This document shows positions 15,909 through 28,500 of a DNA stretch of 64,000 bases, piece by piece. The position numbers and the translations under genes are program-made. Source of the DNA: Macrostomum lignano (lineage: Eukaryota); the NCBI GenBank assembly GCA_002269645.1, contig NIVC01002949.1, positions 62,001 through 126,000 of the forward strand, given 5' to 3'. Numbering within the stretch: position 1 is the stretch's first letter; the number at the start of each line of letters is the position of its first letter. The notes beneath the pieces were generated by a model that did no database searches, was not told the origin of the DNA, and saw only the letters and a list, made by a program, of their open reading frames with translations.

Positions 15909-16577
15909 ATGAAGCTGCTGCTGCTGCTCACCGCCCTTGTGGCCACCGCCCTGGCCTGCGAGAACCCGCCCAGAGAGGGAGCCATCGGAGTGGCCGGTCT
16001 CGGCTACCACAACGGCACCTACCTCAAGCTGCTGGGAGGCATCGCCGGCTCCAAGGAGAAGAAGAAGGTGGCCGCCTACTTCAAGGTGAAGTCCCAGAAC
16101 TACTCCGGACACCACTACACCATGTTCGACTTCGAGGCCGGCGTCGGCTACTACGCCTGGGGCACCAGCGCCGCCAACGCCCGGTGCGTGAAGATCCCCG
16201 TGAGCCACGCCAAGTACTTCCTCACCCTGTGCCCCAAGATGTGGCCGAACAACCGCGTGGTGGCCCGGTCCACCGTCACCAGCCGCAAGGTGCCCATCAG
16301 CGTGCACTGCGGCCGCATGACCAAGGGCGACCTCTCCATCAAGCTGGGCGGCGTCATCGATGACCGCTGCGTGCCGATCCTCATCAAGAAGAAGTACAGG
16401 AAGAACGGCCAGTGCTCCGGCGGTATTCTCTTCTTCTTCGGCTTCCACCAGCCCAAGGACAAGTACTTCGAGCTGCCCGAGCTGTGCGCCAGCGCCAAGT
16501 TCTACAAGCCGAAGCGCGGAGAGGGCAGAAAGCCGTGCAGCGAGAAGACCAAGGGCCTGCCGACCCCCGACAGCTAA
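15909..16577 (+). CDS. Intronless secreted lysine-rich protein, ependymin-related (EPDR)-like, 222 aa
   Basis: Signal peptide MKLLLLLTALVATALA followed by C-x2-P. Ependymin-like motifs FDFEAGVGY, CVKIP, CVPI and the C-terminal F-x2-P-x2-C (KYFELPELC). N-glycosylation sequons NGT and NYS. Codons end almost exclusively in G/C. The CDS is strongly supported; the family call comes from recalled motif similarity. Confidence 0.75.
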   Translation: MKLLLLLTALVATALACENPPREGAIGVAGLGYHNGTYLKLLGGIAGSKEKKKVAAYFKVKSQNYSGHHYTMFDFEAGVGYYAWGTSAANARCVKIPVSHAKYFLTLCPKMWPNNRVVARSTVTSRKVPISVHCGRMTKGDLSIKLGGVIDDRCVPILIKKKYRKNGQCSGGILFFFGFHQPKDKYFELPELCASAKFYKPKRGEGRKPCSEKTKGLPTPDS

Positions 16578-19500
16578 ACTGCTGGACTGACCTTGGACTG
16601 GGGATTTTCCACTGCAGCAATGCTGAGTACCGGCGTATGGCTGGTTAAATAGCAGAAATACACGAGACCTGCTGCTGCAGCTGCGAACCGCATTTGCACC
16701 ATCGTGTTGCCTGAGTTGTCTTTGCCTCATTTTGCTCAACTGTGCTGGATATCATATGGCAGTGTTTTGGGATTGCTTGAATCTGACAGAGCATAGTCGA
16801 AAAGTTTTACTGCTAAAAATTTCTTCTACATATCCCTGATGTACATTTCCGACCGACAAGTTGATTTCAAAGCCTTTTCAAAGCAAACTGGATCGCTGTC
16901 TCTCTCTTTCGGTCTTCTTCTGCGTATGAAAGGTCTAGCACATGTCCTCTTACATGTAGTACAGATAATTCTTTTCGAGCGAAGCGGTTGGGATCATATG
17001 TAGGTCTGGCCATAGACACTTTGGCTCTGACTGAATTCAAAAGGTTCTGTTAAATAGAAAAGGGAGTGTCTTAATTGAATCTCTGCAAGCCTTGCAGGTG
17101 CAGCACAGACATGTCACTCAGCAGCATACATAATCTGTGTTGCATTTTGCTTGCAGAAAATTAATCGAGGCAAACAAACACCCTTACGTCTGAATCAGTG
17201 TCTGAATTGGTGTGTCCGCTGTTTGAATAAAAAGGGAGTTTGTTCAAAAAGGAGGTAAAAAGGTGTACACAAAGGCATCGTAGTGCAGTCTTCAATTGTA
17301 TTGTCCATGCAAAAACTTGTCAAGGTCTCGACTGTGGCGCATCGACAAATGCAGTCAATACAGAACCACGTTGATGGTCGTTTAAACTAATCTCGGATAA
17401 ATAGCTCTAATTTATGATTACTACCGTAGATACTCTGTTGAGACTGTTTACAGGTAGATGCGACCATTTGATTAGAACCATAGCTGTGTAGTGTGTTAAA
17501 AACTTATATAGAATTTACGTGTAATAAAAGTACTTTTAAGCTTTTTTAAGGCTTTAAATTCCCTAAAAAGTTCTAGAAAACAGTGAAACACGACTGTTTC
17601 ATATTAGTCTATGGTATTCACCCAGACAGTCCATGCAGACGGAAGGACTAACTTGTTCCTTTTTGTTTGATCTATTTCATTAACACCTGCCGTTTAGTCC
17701 AGGAAACATCTATAGAGAATATTTAGTATACGTTTTTGCTTCCAATGTGGTTTTTACTGCGTCCAATTTGGTGCGTCGCAATTAAGTGCTCAGCAGAGTT
17801 CATGTTTACCATAGACAAAGAACTGAAATCACCATTTGGTTCATTTCATGAACTTTAAACTTCAAACCAACAGTCAGGTATGCATTCACTGTCCTCTCTC
17901 TGTCCCTGCACCAGACTATAATTCTAGCGCATGGTCCTCTCTGCTGCGCTATTCTTTACAGCTATACCTTCCAGCTGTACATATGTAGCTCCAGCTGTAG
18001 TTAAAACTAGATTGATTCCGGTGTCTGTGGCTTTTTGTGATTTGTCTAGATGTACGAGTATTCTAAAATCTCTGTTACGCTGCTACGTCAACGGCCACAC
18101 ACCCATTGAAATGAAAAAAGCCATGCAACTGGCCGAAATATCTCAACCACCATTACATGTAGACATACGAGCGTATCCTTAGACATGCGGCTCCGGGATT
18201 TATAAACAAGAATCGCCTGATACGAGGAGATGAGCCTCGGAGATTTTTTACGGCTCATCTCCTCGTATTAGGCGATTCTTTGAATGTAATCCACGGCCTG
18301 TGCGACTCGAATATAATGAGTTATCTCCGCTTTCCATGTCTGGCGCGGCTGTCTATGGTGCAAACCCTCTTCGGATTCCAAGGGTGCCTAGTAGAATAGG
18401 CGCGATTGTTATATCGCTGAGACTGAGGCTTACGATGGTCTCAAGGCGAGCTCGAGTCACGGCCGAGTCGGCATAGTCGAGTCATAAAATCCAGATTTAG
18501 ATTAGCTTTGGTTGAAGCTAATTGATCAAACTGTTATTTGCTATTATCTTAATTATTTGCTATTTTTGTACGAGCTATTAAATACATGTTTGCCTTCTGA
18601 AGACACTTTTGCTTTACGTTACTTAAATTTACGAAATGGTGCATCATATATGCCAACAAGCCTGCATTATCTATATAATGGTCCTGACAGCAAGCCCATT
18701 TTCTAGATAATGGTCCAGTGATACTTGAGTGTGGTCATAGACAAGCCCATTCCCGAAAAATGTGGACCATTATAATACGAGCTTTTAATTTTGGCGTAAG
18801 TGGGGTTTACAGTAGTTTAATAGGTTAGTCTTTGGTTTTTTGGTCGGTAGATTTAATCAGCACCGAATTTAAACCTATAGAATTTTTTCTCTATCTCGCT
18901 AAAATAGTCTATAGCCTAATCCGAGTCAACACATATCTCCAAGAACCAAAGCTCCACCTTGTTAGTGTAGCGAAAAAGCCCTTTGGTGAAAAGCCTCGTT
19001 CTTCTGCTAAAGTAATATTACATGTAATTCATATAATTTAATTCAATTTCAAATTCATGTAATTCTACTTCACCAGATCTGGGAGCAGCCAAAGTTCTAA
19101 GCACTGTTGGGAGCTGTTATAGCTGGTATTTGAGGATTGAAGAAGCAAATGAAATCAGTCTCAATCCCCAGGCAATAATTTTCCAGTCTTTTTGGATATT
19201 CTATCGTATAATATTCTGTAAAGAAGCTTGCTAAAATATGATAAATATCTATGCTACTGTATCTCTCCAAGTAATGTCTTTAATTAAAAAGTTTATTTTA
19301 TCACAGCGAAAACTTAAAATGATGTGAAGGAATGGATTCAAAAAACTAGAAGACACCGATTTTTCTTAGAACTGCGCTTTAAAGTTTCGTTGTCCTATCC
19401 TATCGCTTACCGCTATCGGTTGATTGACGTTTGTTTATTATTACTGGTAAGCCTAATCCTGATAACATTAACCTGCTTCACACAAGCTTAGGCCTATAGA

Positions 19501-19917
19501 GATCGCTCACTGAAGTTTAGGCTTACGAGTATTATCCTTTTAGAAACATGACTAAATTGGTATGACTGGTTAGAATGTAAATGTAACAATCGATAGGTCC
19601 ATTTTTATTTAAAGCTTTCACTCACTCACTAGTAGGATTTTAATAATCAAGAATTAGGCCTAACGCCTAACATGCAAAGAACACATGCAAACACCCACCT
19701 CAGTTGCGACTTGCCCAAGAACAAAACCGAGATAAGATTGATTTGTTGATTGATTGATTGATTGAAATGTAAATTGATTTTAAATTAATAATAGAATGTT
19801 TGTTACTGTATATTATACTGTATAAGTGGTCAGCAAAAAATCTTAATAATAGACAGTAGACCATTTAATACTAGGGCCTAATACTATTAGTTAATACACT
19901 TATGGTAGACAATGGAT

Positions 19918-20959
19918 GGGTGCAGCCGAAATCGTCATATTCAAAATCGTCATATGATGATGACAACTTGAACAAATCTCGAAGACTTAAACATTTAAAT
20001 ATGACAACTTTGACCAAAGGCAAGGGTGTATTAATTTTGGATTTTTCTACCTTCAGGCAAAAATCCCTTGCATATGCACCTGTAATTTTTATATTAACTG
20101 TGTCAATTAATGCTGATTCACCCCTGATTGCTACATCAGCAATCAGGGTCGGCATTGCGTTCACGCGAATTAATCTGGAGAAATCACGCAGACGAATCAC
20201 AATGTAATTTTCTTTCTCCTGCTTACTCCAACAGCCGGGTTCTCAAGTCTAATAAATCTAATAAAACTATAAAATAAAACTAACAAGTCTAAAGTGCGCA
20301 AAACTAATAAATAAATTTGAACTAAACTGTCAAATGCAAAAGGAAAAAGACAAGAAAAAGAAAAAGGAAAAGGGGGTTGAAAATTAGGCGGCACATCAAG
20401 GCAGTATAAATATTAAAAAAAGGAGGTTACAATCAACGGGTGGAGGTGCCGCTGGACACACTACTGGACCAAAAATCCCATGCGTGGAGACTATCAATGG
20501 AATGGCTCACAAACATGCAAGCAACAAAATTAAAACAAAAGTTTTGACCAAGACCTACTTTTCCAACCAAAGGAAGAACAGAACAATTTCTGGAATCTCC
20601 AGTCAACGGAAATGTGACAAAAATTGAACAATGAGCGGACAAAAATTAAACGTTTGTAGCAGTTTTCCTTTTAAATGAGTTATTAAAGTAATGGTTATTA
20701 GTTCAAATATCAATTAAGTGGCACCCGACTGCCATACATGACTACTGAGAATACACTGTAAATTGTTTTAATTTGTTGGCAAACAAGAACACACTGCCAC
20801 CATGAGCTAAGATCCTTTCGCAGCCAATGCAACACAATATGAGGATTTAGTGAATGCAGCATTGTCCAATACTGAGATGATGATGATTTAGATAATTTAG
20901 TTGTTTTTCTCGTAAGCCGCAGATGACGATCTCAAATATGACGACTTCGGCTGGAACCC
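19918..20959. mobile_element. ~1.04-kb non-autonomous TIR DNA transposon, superfamily unresolved
   Basis: Imperfect ~36-bp terminal inverted repeats (GGGTGCAGCCGAAATCGTCATATTCAAAATCGTCAT vs ATGACGATCTCAAATATGACGACTTCGGCTGGAACCC). Flanking direct repeat AATGGAT (19911-19917, 20960-20966; 8 bp if the preceding C is counted). Confidence 0.7.
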
Positions 20960-22508
20960 AATGGATGACATATATGACTTATCAATGCATTGCATATAGG
21001 ACCTTTAAGTTTAAGTGGCAATGATACTATGACTAAAAGGCCAAGTTTTGTTTTAAAAGTTATATAATTACCTTTATAATGTTATATTATTGCTACAGTT
21101 TAAAAAATTGGCTACCTTCTAATAGCTAAGCTAGGCCCCACTGTTACTTTTGGCCTTATCTTTATGTTTTATTAAATCTACAAAGATTCATTGCTATCAT
21201 AATCATACATGCCTAACTTCAAAGTTTCACCTAGTCTTAGCTGTGTGACTTACTTTTTTGACCAAAAATGCAACTTAATTACCTATCAAAGAACCTTAAA
21301 GCAAAGATTAACATAAATTTAAGTAAATAGAAAGATTAATAATAATTTTATTGCAAAGGCTAAATCAAATGTTTTGTTATCTAAGTAGTACTATGCATGT
21401 ATTTTTTGGTCAGTAACTTGCAACTTACCTTGGCTAGACCTTTTGCCACCTAGTCAAATTGGTTAGGTTAGCTGGTTGTTAAGCATAGGGCCTATATGAT
21501 TGCTATTGATAATTTTTTAGATATATAAATAAATTAGCTAGGCTATCTTGTAGCATTTTGCATAAATCTTTCTTGTTTAAAATTTTATTTAAATAATCTA
21601 AAAAGCTTACTAGAGAACTATTAAAGCATTCAAACAGAAGAACAGAATTCACCATCTCAGTATATTATAACATTATAAATATATTATAATTTAGCCTATT
21701 TTTGTTCCCAGGTTAGTTGATAAGGTACCCACTATCTAATAGGCTAAAATCTTGCTTAGATAAAGCTAAACCATAGCTAGCCTTTGTAAGCCTAGTTGGG
21801 AAAGTGGCTTAGCACATGTTGAAAAAATTTAAGAGGATAATGTTTATAGTCTCACATTAGTATTTAGTCTATTACATTAAAATAACTATATAGTATGATA
21901 TAACCCTTGACTATAATTGATAATTAGTATAAAACAGTCTAGTGCATAGCATAAACTCAATTTTATAGAGCCTAAAGAATTGTTCTAATGCATATTTTAA
22001 TTTTTAACTTTAAAAAATGCTAGCTGGTATCCTAAATTTGGACTCAGGGTACCAAATTGCTCTATTATTTTGATTTTTGGAAACAATATATTGAATTCTA
22101 TATATCACAACTTGGGAAAATAGGTTAAATATACTATCAAGCATTTTTATATAGTACTGACTATATAAAAGTTGTATTAGCAAAAAGTTATATAACCACT
22201 TATGGCAAGATCATGTCTATCATATTTCTGGGTATATCTTTAATAAAAACATTTCAAAAATTGATTTGAGTATACATTATGTTTTTATAAGTCAAAGTTG
22301 TGAATCTATATTCATCTAAATATAGAGCATACTGTTTTAAAGTATGGTCTCATTAATGTTATACAAGCATATGCAGTGCAAAGCAAAAGCTTGATCTGTC
22401 TGTCATTTGTTGATATTTTTGGCAGAAACTCAGACAATTCAAATGGATTATTTAACTTAGACTCTATTCACTGTACCAAACTTGCAGTAGCCAGCAGCTA
22501 AGGGGCTA

Positions 22509-25500
22509 ATGGACGCATTCTCAGTTGACCTGGATGCCGCCCTGGACCAGCTTGAGGCTGAAATGGCTGGAGCCAATCAACAGCCTATGCAATCAATGCT
22601 ACTAGATAGTAGTACAAGCCGCGAATTGTCTTCTGATGCATCAAAGTTTCCGACTGCTTCCAGTTCAAATTCTGCTAGCGCAGCCAATGGAGACTGCAAT
22701 GGACAGGCCCACAGTGCAACCAGTGTCACCATAGTTTACGCCCAGCAACCAACAGGTAAATTTTCTTGTGGGCTTAAGAGCTCTTTGTTTGTCAGTGTAG
22801 CGGAAAGATGGTTTCCATCCTTTTTACAGCGTAGCTTAAGCGGTGGAAGCCTTTGTATGCACAGTGCAATATTCTCAATCCTTTTTGCCATCTTATTTTC
22901 AGCCTTGCCAAACAGCAGTGACAATAGTGTACAGCAATGGCAACCTGAACTTAGATGGCCTCAAGCCGTGCATTCGCAGTCTAATACATTCGACAGTTTT
23001 TTAGTGGACTCAGCACCGGTTAGTGAGCCTGTGGATTCAGCACCAGTCAGTGAGCCTGTGGACTCAGCACCGGTCAGTGAGCCTGTGGATTCAGCACCAG
23101 TCAGTGAGCCTGTGGATTCAGCACCGGTCAGTGAGTCTGTGGATTCAGCACCGGTCAGTGAGTCTGTGGATTCAGCACCGGTCAGTGAGCATGTGGGTGT
23201 GGATTCAGCACCGGTCAGTGAGTCTGTGGATTCAGCACCAGTCAGTGAGCCTGTGGATTCAGCACCAGTCAGTGAGCCTGTGGATTCAGCACCAGTCAGT
23301 GAGCCTGTGGATTCAGCACCAGTCAGTGAGCCTGTAGAGTCAGCACCGGTCAGTGAGCCTGTGGATTCAGCACCGGTCAGTGAGCATGTGGGTGTGGATT
23401 CAGCACCGGTCAGTGAGCCTGTGGACTCAGCACCAGTCAGTGAGTCTGTGGATTCAGTACCGGTCAGTGAGCCTGTGGATTCAGCACCGGTCAGTGAGCA
23501 TGTGGGTGTGGATTCAGCACCGGTCAGTGAGCATGTGGGTGTGGATTCAGCACCAGTCAGTGAGCCTGTGGATTCAGCACCGGTCAGTGAGCCTGTGGAT
23601 TCAGCACCAGTCAGTGAGCCTGTGGATTCAGCACCAGTCAGTGAGCCTGTGGATTCAGCACCAGTCAGTGAGCCTGTGGATTCAGCACCAGTCAGTGAGC
23701 ATGTGGATGTGGATTCAGCACCGGTCAGTGAGCCTGTGGACTCAGCACCAGTCAGTGAGCATGTGGATTCAGCACCGGTCATTGAGCGTGTGGATGTGGA
23801 CTCAGCACCGGTCAGTGAGTCTGTGGGCTTAGCACCGGTCAGTGCTCTAACCAGTGACATAGCTCCAGTGGATTCAGCACCGGTCAGTGCTCCTGCCTAT
23901 TCAGCACCGGTCAGTGCTCCTGCCTATTCAGCACCGGTCAGTGCTCCTGCCTATTCAGCACCGGTCAGTGCTCCTGCTTATTCAGCACCGGTCAGTGCTC
24001 CTGCCTATTCAGCACCGGTCAGTGCTCCTGCCTATTCAGCACCGGTCAGTGCTCCTGCCTATTCAGCACCGGTCAGTGCTCCTGCCTATTCAGCACCGGT
24101 CAGTGCTCCTGCCTATTCAGCACCGGTCAGTGCTCCTGCCTATTCAGCACCGGTCAGTGCTCCTGCTTATTCAGCACCGGTCAGTGCTCCTGCCTATTCA
24201 GCACCGGTCAGTGCTCCTGCCTATTCAGCACCGGTCAGTGCTCCTGCCTATTCAGCACCGGTCAGTGCTCCTGCCTATTCAGCACCGGTCAGTGCTCCTG
24301 CTTATTCAGCACCAGTCAGTGCTCCTGCCTATTCAGCACCGGTCAGTGCTCCTGCCTATTCAGCACCGGTCAGTCTTGCGAATTCAACAGCCGTCAATGC
24401 CTTATTGAGTGCTCCAATGGATTCCTCACTGCTCAGTGATCCTGTGTCTACATCAGTGCCAAATGCTTCAGCCGGCGCACCTGCCGAGGAAGAATCAGCA
24501 TTAAACAATAATTTGGCAGCCCCAGCGAATACCAGCAAGGCAATTAATAACCTGGCGAACTCTGCAGCTGTTGCCAGTCCTTCCACCAGTGCTTCTAACA
24601 GTCTGGCTGAAGCATCGTCGAATCCAACTTCGCTAGTGTCTTCTATTCGATTTGCCGACCTGGCCAAGGGCCTGCCGGAGCTCACCGAGGCCGATCTTGA
24701 GCTGATACTCGAGCAGGAGCCTGCGCAACCTACTCAGCAATCAGCAGTTCTGCAGTCTCAATGGTCTATATCTAACTACCAAGACTACGCGGAACAAGAC
24801 GAGCAGACTAGCAGCTTCAATCCAATGTACGGTCTAGTTGGCGGCGCCGGTTGCTTAGCAACTGAGGCCGCCGTTTCGTCGTCTCAAATTGCCGATTCGA
24901 ACCCCGGCACTGTTGTCGGCGGAGGCGGTTTGAACCCGATGTACAGTCTGCAGGAGGAGCGGCAGCAGCCGGCCAGTCTGGGCGCCACTGGCGGCGGTGT
25001 GACGTCGCCTCCCAGTCCGCCGCCGCCGCCGCAGCAGCTGACGGACGCCGCGGAGTCGGACGCGGAGGCCGAGCTGCAGACTGACTTGCCGTCTCAGAAT
25101 GACGTCGCGGAGGACGTCGCGGAATCCGAGACTCCGCCGCAGCAGCAGCCGCTTGGCTCGGTAAAGCCGGCTTGGATTCCCGACAGCGAAGCGCCAGTTT
25201 GCATGCAGTGCGAAGCTCGCTTCACCGTGCTGCGCCGGCGGCACCACTGCCGCGCCTGCGGCCGCGTGTTCTGCGCTAACTGCGCTGCCTACACTGCCAG
25301 GCTGGCCTTCTTAGACAACGACAAGGCGCGAGTGTGCGCCGTCTGCTACCAGGAGCTGATCAGGCTGGAGTCCAATCCGGAGGCTCGGTCCGTCAGTCAG
25401 CAGCCGCCAGTCAGTGTGCTGAAGTCGACGAGGTCGCAGGGTGAGACCAAAATACTTTGGCCTGTTTTTAATATGGACGAAAGTTTTTCTATCAGATGCT

Positions 25501-28500
25501 TGATTTTTAGATAAGGCTCAGTTGCTTCCAAGGAAACGCCTGATTTCCTAAACAAGGCTGTCTCCTAGAAAATGATTGTTTAGAAAGGGTTGGCTGTTTC
25601 CTAGAAAATTGTTAATTGAAGAGGCTTAGCTGTTTCCTAGACTACGATTGATTGAAAACGCTTGGCTATTTCCTAGAAAACGTTTGCTTTCCTAAACAAG
25701 GCTTGGTTGTCTCTTAGAAAATGGTTAATTGGAAGGCTTGTCTGTTTCCTAGAAAATGGTAAATGGAAGAGGCTTGGCTGTTTCCTAGAAAATGGTTATT
25801 GGAAGAGGCTTGGCAGTTTCCTAGAAATGGTTATTGGAAGAGGCTTGGCTGTTTCCTAGAAAATGGTAAATGGAAGAGGCTTGGCTGTTTCCTAGAAAAT
25901 GGTTATTGGAAGAGGCTTGGCTGTTTCCTAGAAATGGTTATTGGAAGAGGCTTGGCTGTTTCCTATAAAATGGTTATTGGAAGAGGCTAGGCTGTTTCCT
26001 AGAAATGTTTATTGGAAGAGGCTAGGCTGTTTCCTAGAAATAGTTAACAGAAAAGGCTAGGCTTTTTCCTAGAAATGGTTAACAGAAGAGGCTTGGTTGT
26101 TTCCAAGAAATGGTTATTTGAAGAGGCTTGGCTGTTTCCTAGAAATGGTTAACAGAAGAGGCTTGGCTGTTTCCTAGAAATGGTTAACAGAAGAGGCTTG
26201 GCTGTTTCCTAGAAATAATTAACAGAAGAGGCTTGGTTGTTTCCTAGAAATGGTTATTTGAAGAGGCTTGGCTGTTTCCTAGAAATGGTTATTGGAAGAG
26301 GCTTGGCTGTTTCCTAGAAATGGTTATTGGAAGAGGCTTGGCTGTTTCCTAGAAATGGTTATTGGAAGAGGCTTGGCTGTTTCCTAGAAATGGTTAATTG
26401 AAAAGGCTTGATTGTTTTCTAGAAAACGATTGATTGAAAACGCTTTGTTTTTCCTAGAAATCAGTTGATTGACAATGCTTAGTTGTTTCCTAGAAAATGG
26501 TTGATCGACAATGCTGATTTCCCAGACAAGATCACAGATAGTTCACTCTTGTTTAGATTTTTGCAACTACTCTTTGGTTAGTAGCGTGAACGAACATGGA
26601 TGCGTCAAACAGCAGTGCCTTGCGACAAAATTAATTTTTGGAGCAACTAGCAATTTTTTCTTGCCATGCGCACGCTGACGCTCACCCAAAGAGTAGACAC
26701 TTTTTTAAGCCATAGACTATAATACAAAAATGGCTTAACTCAATGCAGAGTGAAATATCTAGTGTTTTATTATCTGTGGACAAGATTTAGTTGCTTCCTA
26801 GAAAAAGATTCTTTTTCTTTGGTTTCTTTAAAAGTTTTTTAACCTAGTTTTTGTTTTATTTTTGTTAAGGCATGCTTTTTTCTATACAATCAGAGTCAAA
26901 GCACATTACTCTTCTATATATGAAGTTCTCATGTACATAATTAACCCGCAAAGCTATATAGCAGATATATAATCTGTTTGAGAATTTTAGCTGGAAGTCC
27001 AGGAAAAAGAAAGGGCCTTTCGCAGCTACGTAGTCTTAAAGTCACTAACAAATAGGTCATTTTCATTTCAGAAATCAATGTATTTTTCTTTTACTAAGTT
27101 GGGTTCCTTAGTAAGGAACGAATATGGGTTAGGATTTTCTTAGAACTACATGTAGATACAGATTTCCTAGAAATAGACTCGAACTTCCTCACTCCGCAGT
27201 TGTTCGCAGTCGATCGGTCGTATTCAGCGACGGCATCCGTCCTGGCGGCGATCTTCTCGAAGATAACGCGGGTGACGCCGACGATTTTCAAGTCAACGAC
27301 AGCACAGTCGGAGGAGTCGCCGCCGCCGCCGCGGTCTCGTCTTTTCCTGCCGAGTCGTCTTCGTCGTCATCCTCGCTTGAGCCGAGCCTGCTACCGGCCG
27401 ACTGGGAGAGCTACCCGCCGCACGAGCCTCTGCCAACCGACGATAGCAACTCCGGCGCCGTCGCTCTGTCGCCTGAAGCTGCTCTGCGGAACGGTGGATC
27501 GGTCAGTGTGTTCGTTTTTAGTGGAGGGGATCTAGAAGGGATATCACAATCCCCCTGCGGGACTGTGATCCCTTCTAGATCCCCGTATGGGACTGTGGTC
27601 CCTTCTAGATCCCCGTGTGGGACTGTGATCCCTTCTAGATCCCCGTGTGGGACTGTGATCCCTTCTAGATCCCCGTATGGGACTGTGGTCCCTTCTAGAT
27701 CCCCGTATGGGACTGTGGTCCCTTCTAGATCCCCGTGTGAGACTGTGATCCCTTCTAGATCCCCGTGTGAGACTGTGATCCGTTCTAGATCCCCGTGTGA
27801 GACTGTGATCCCTTCTAGATCCCCGTGTGGGTCTGTGATCCCTTCTAGATCCCCGTGTGAGACTGTGATCCCTTCTAGATCCCTGTGTGAGACTGTGATC
27901 CCTTCTAGATCCCCGTTTGAGACTGTGATCCCTTCTAGATCCCCCTGTGGGCCCCCTGTGCGACTGTGATCCCTTCCAGATTCTGTAGTACGACTGGGTA
28001 GTGGTTAGGACGATGTGGCCTGCCAGCTGGGTGTCGCCGACGGCGCGACGGACCAGGCCGGCGCAGCGATATAGCGCCGTGTTTAGACACTGGACCTCGT
28101 TGTCGATCTTGAAAGCGGCGCGCAGCCTTCGACACACCCTATACCAGTGTCTAACACTTCTGTGTTGCTGTTTAAGTACTAGTGATCCAACTATTGCCAT
28201 AGTAGTCTATCCCACCATCAACAGGTAACCTACCAGGTGACGATGAACATCTCTGCTCAATGCCGCTTAGTCAGTCTGCCCTGCTGCGGCCATCCGTCAG
28301 CCTGGCTGCTGGTCACCCGCGGCCTGGACTCGGTTGGTCAAACCGATTTGCTGCTGCTGCTCAGCCGCCGGCCCCCGGCCATTGACGGCACCGACGAATC
28401 CATTCTGCCACCGTTGCACCTGTTGCACCTGGTCTACGCCGTGTACGAACGCGCCTACGCCGGCTCCTGGGCTCGGCACCTGTCATTTGTTGGCTGGCAC

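Noticed and set aside
15876-16739. 287-aa minus-strand ORF and overlapping alternative-frame ORFs
   Set aside because: Shadow of the GC3-rich plus-strand gene. The same applies to antisense ORFs over the Src, SARA, neurocalcin and GPCR exons.
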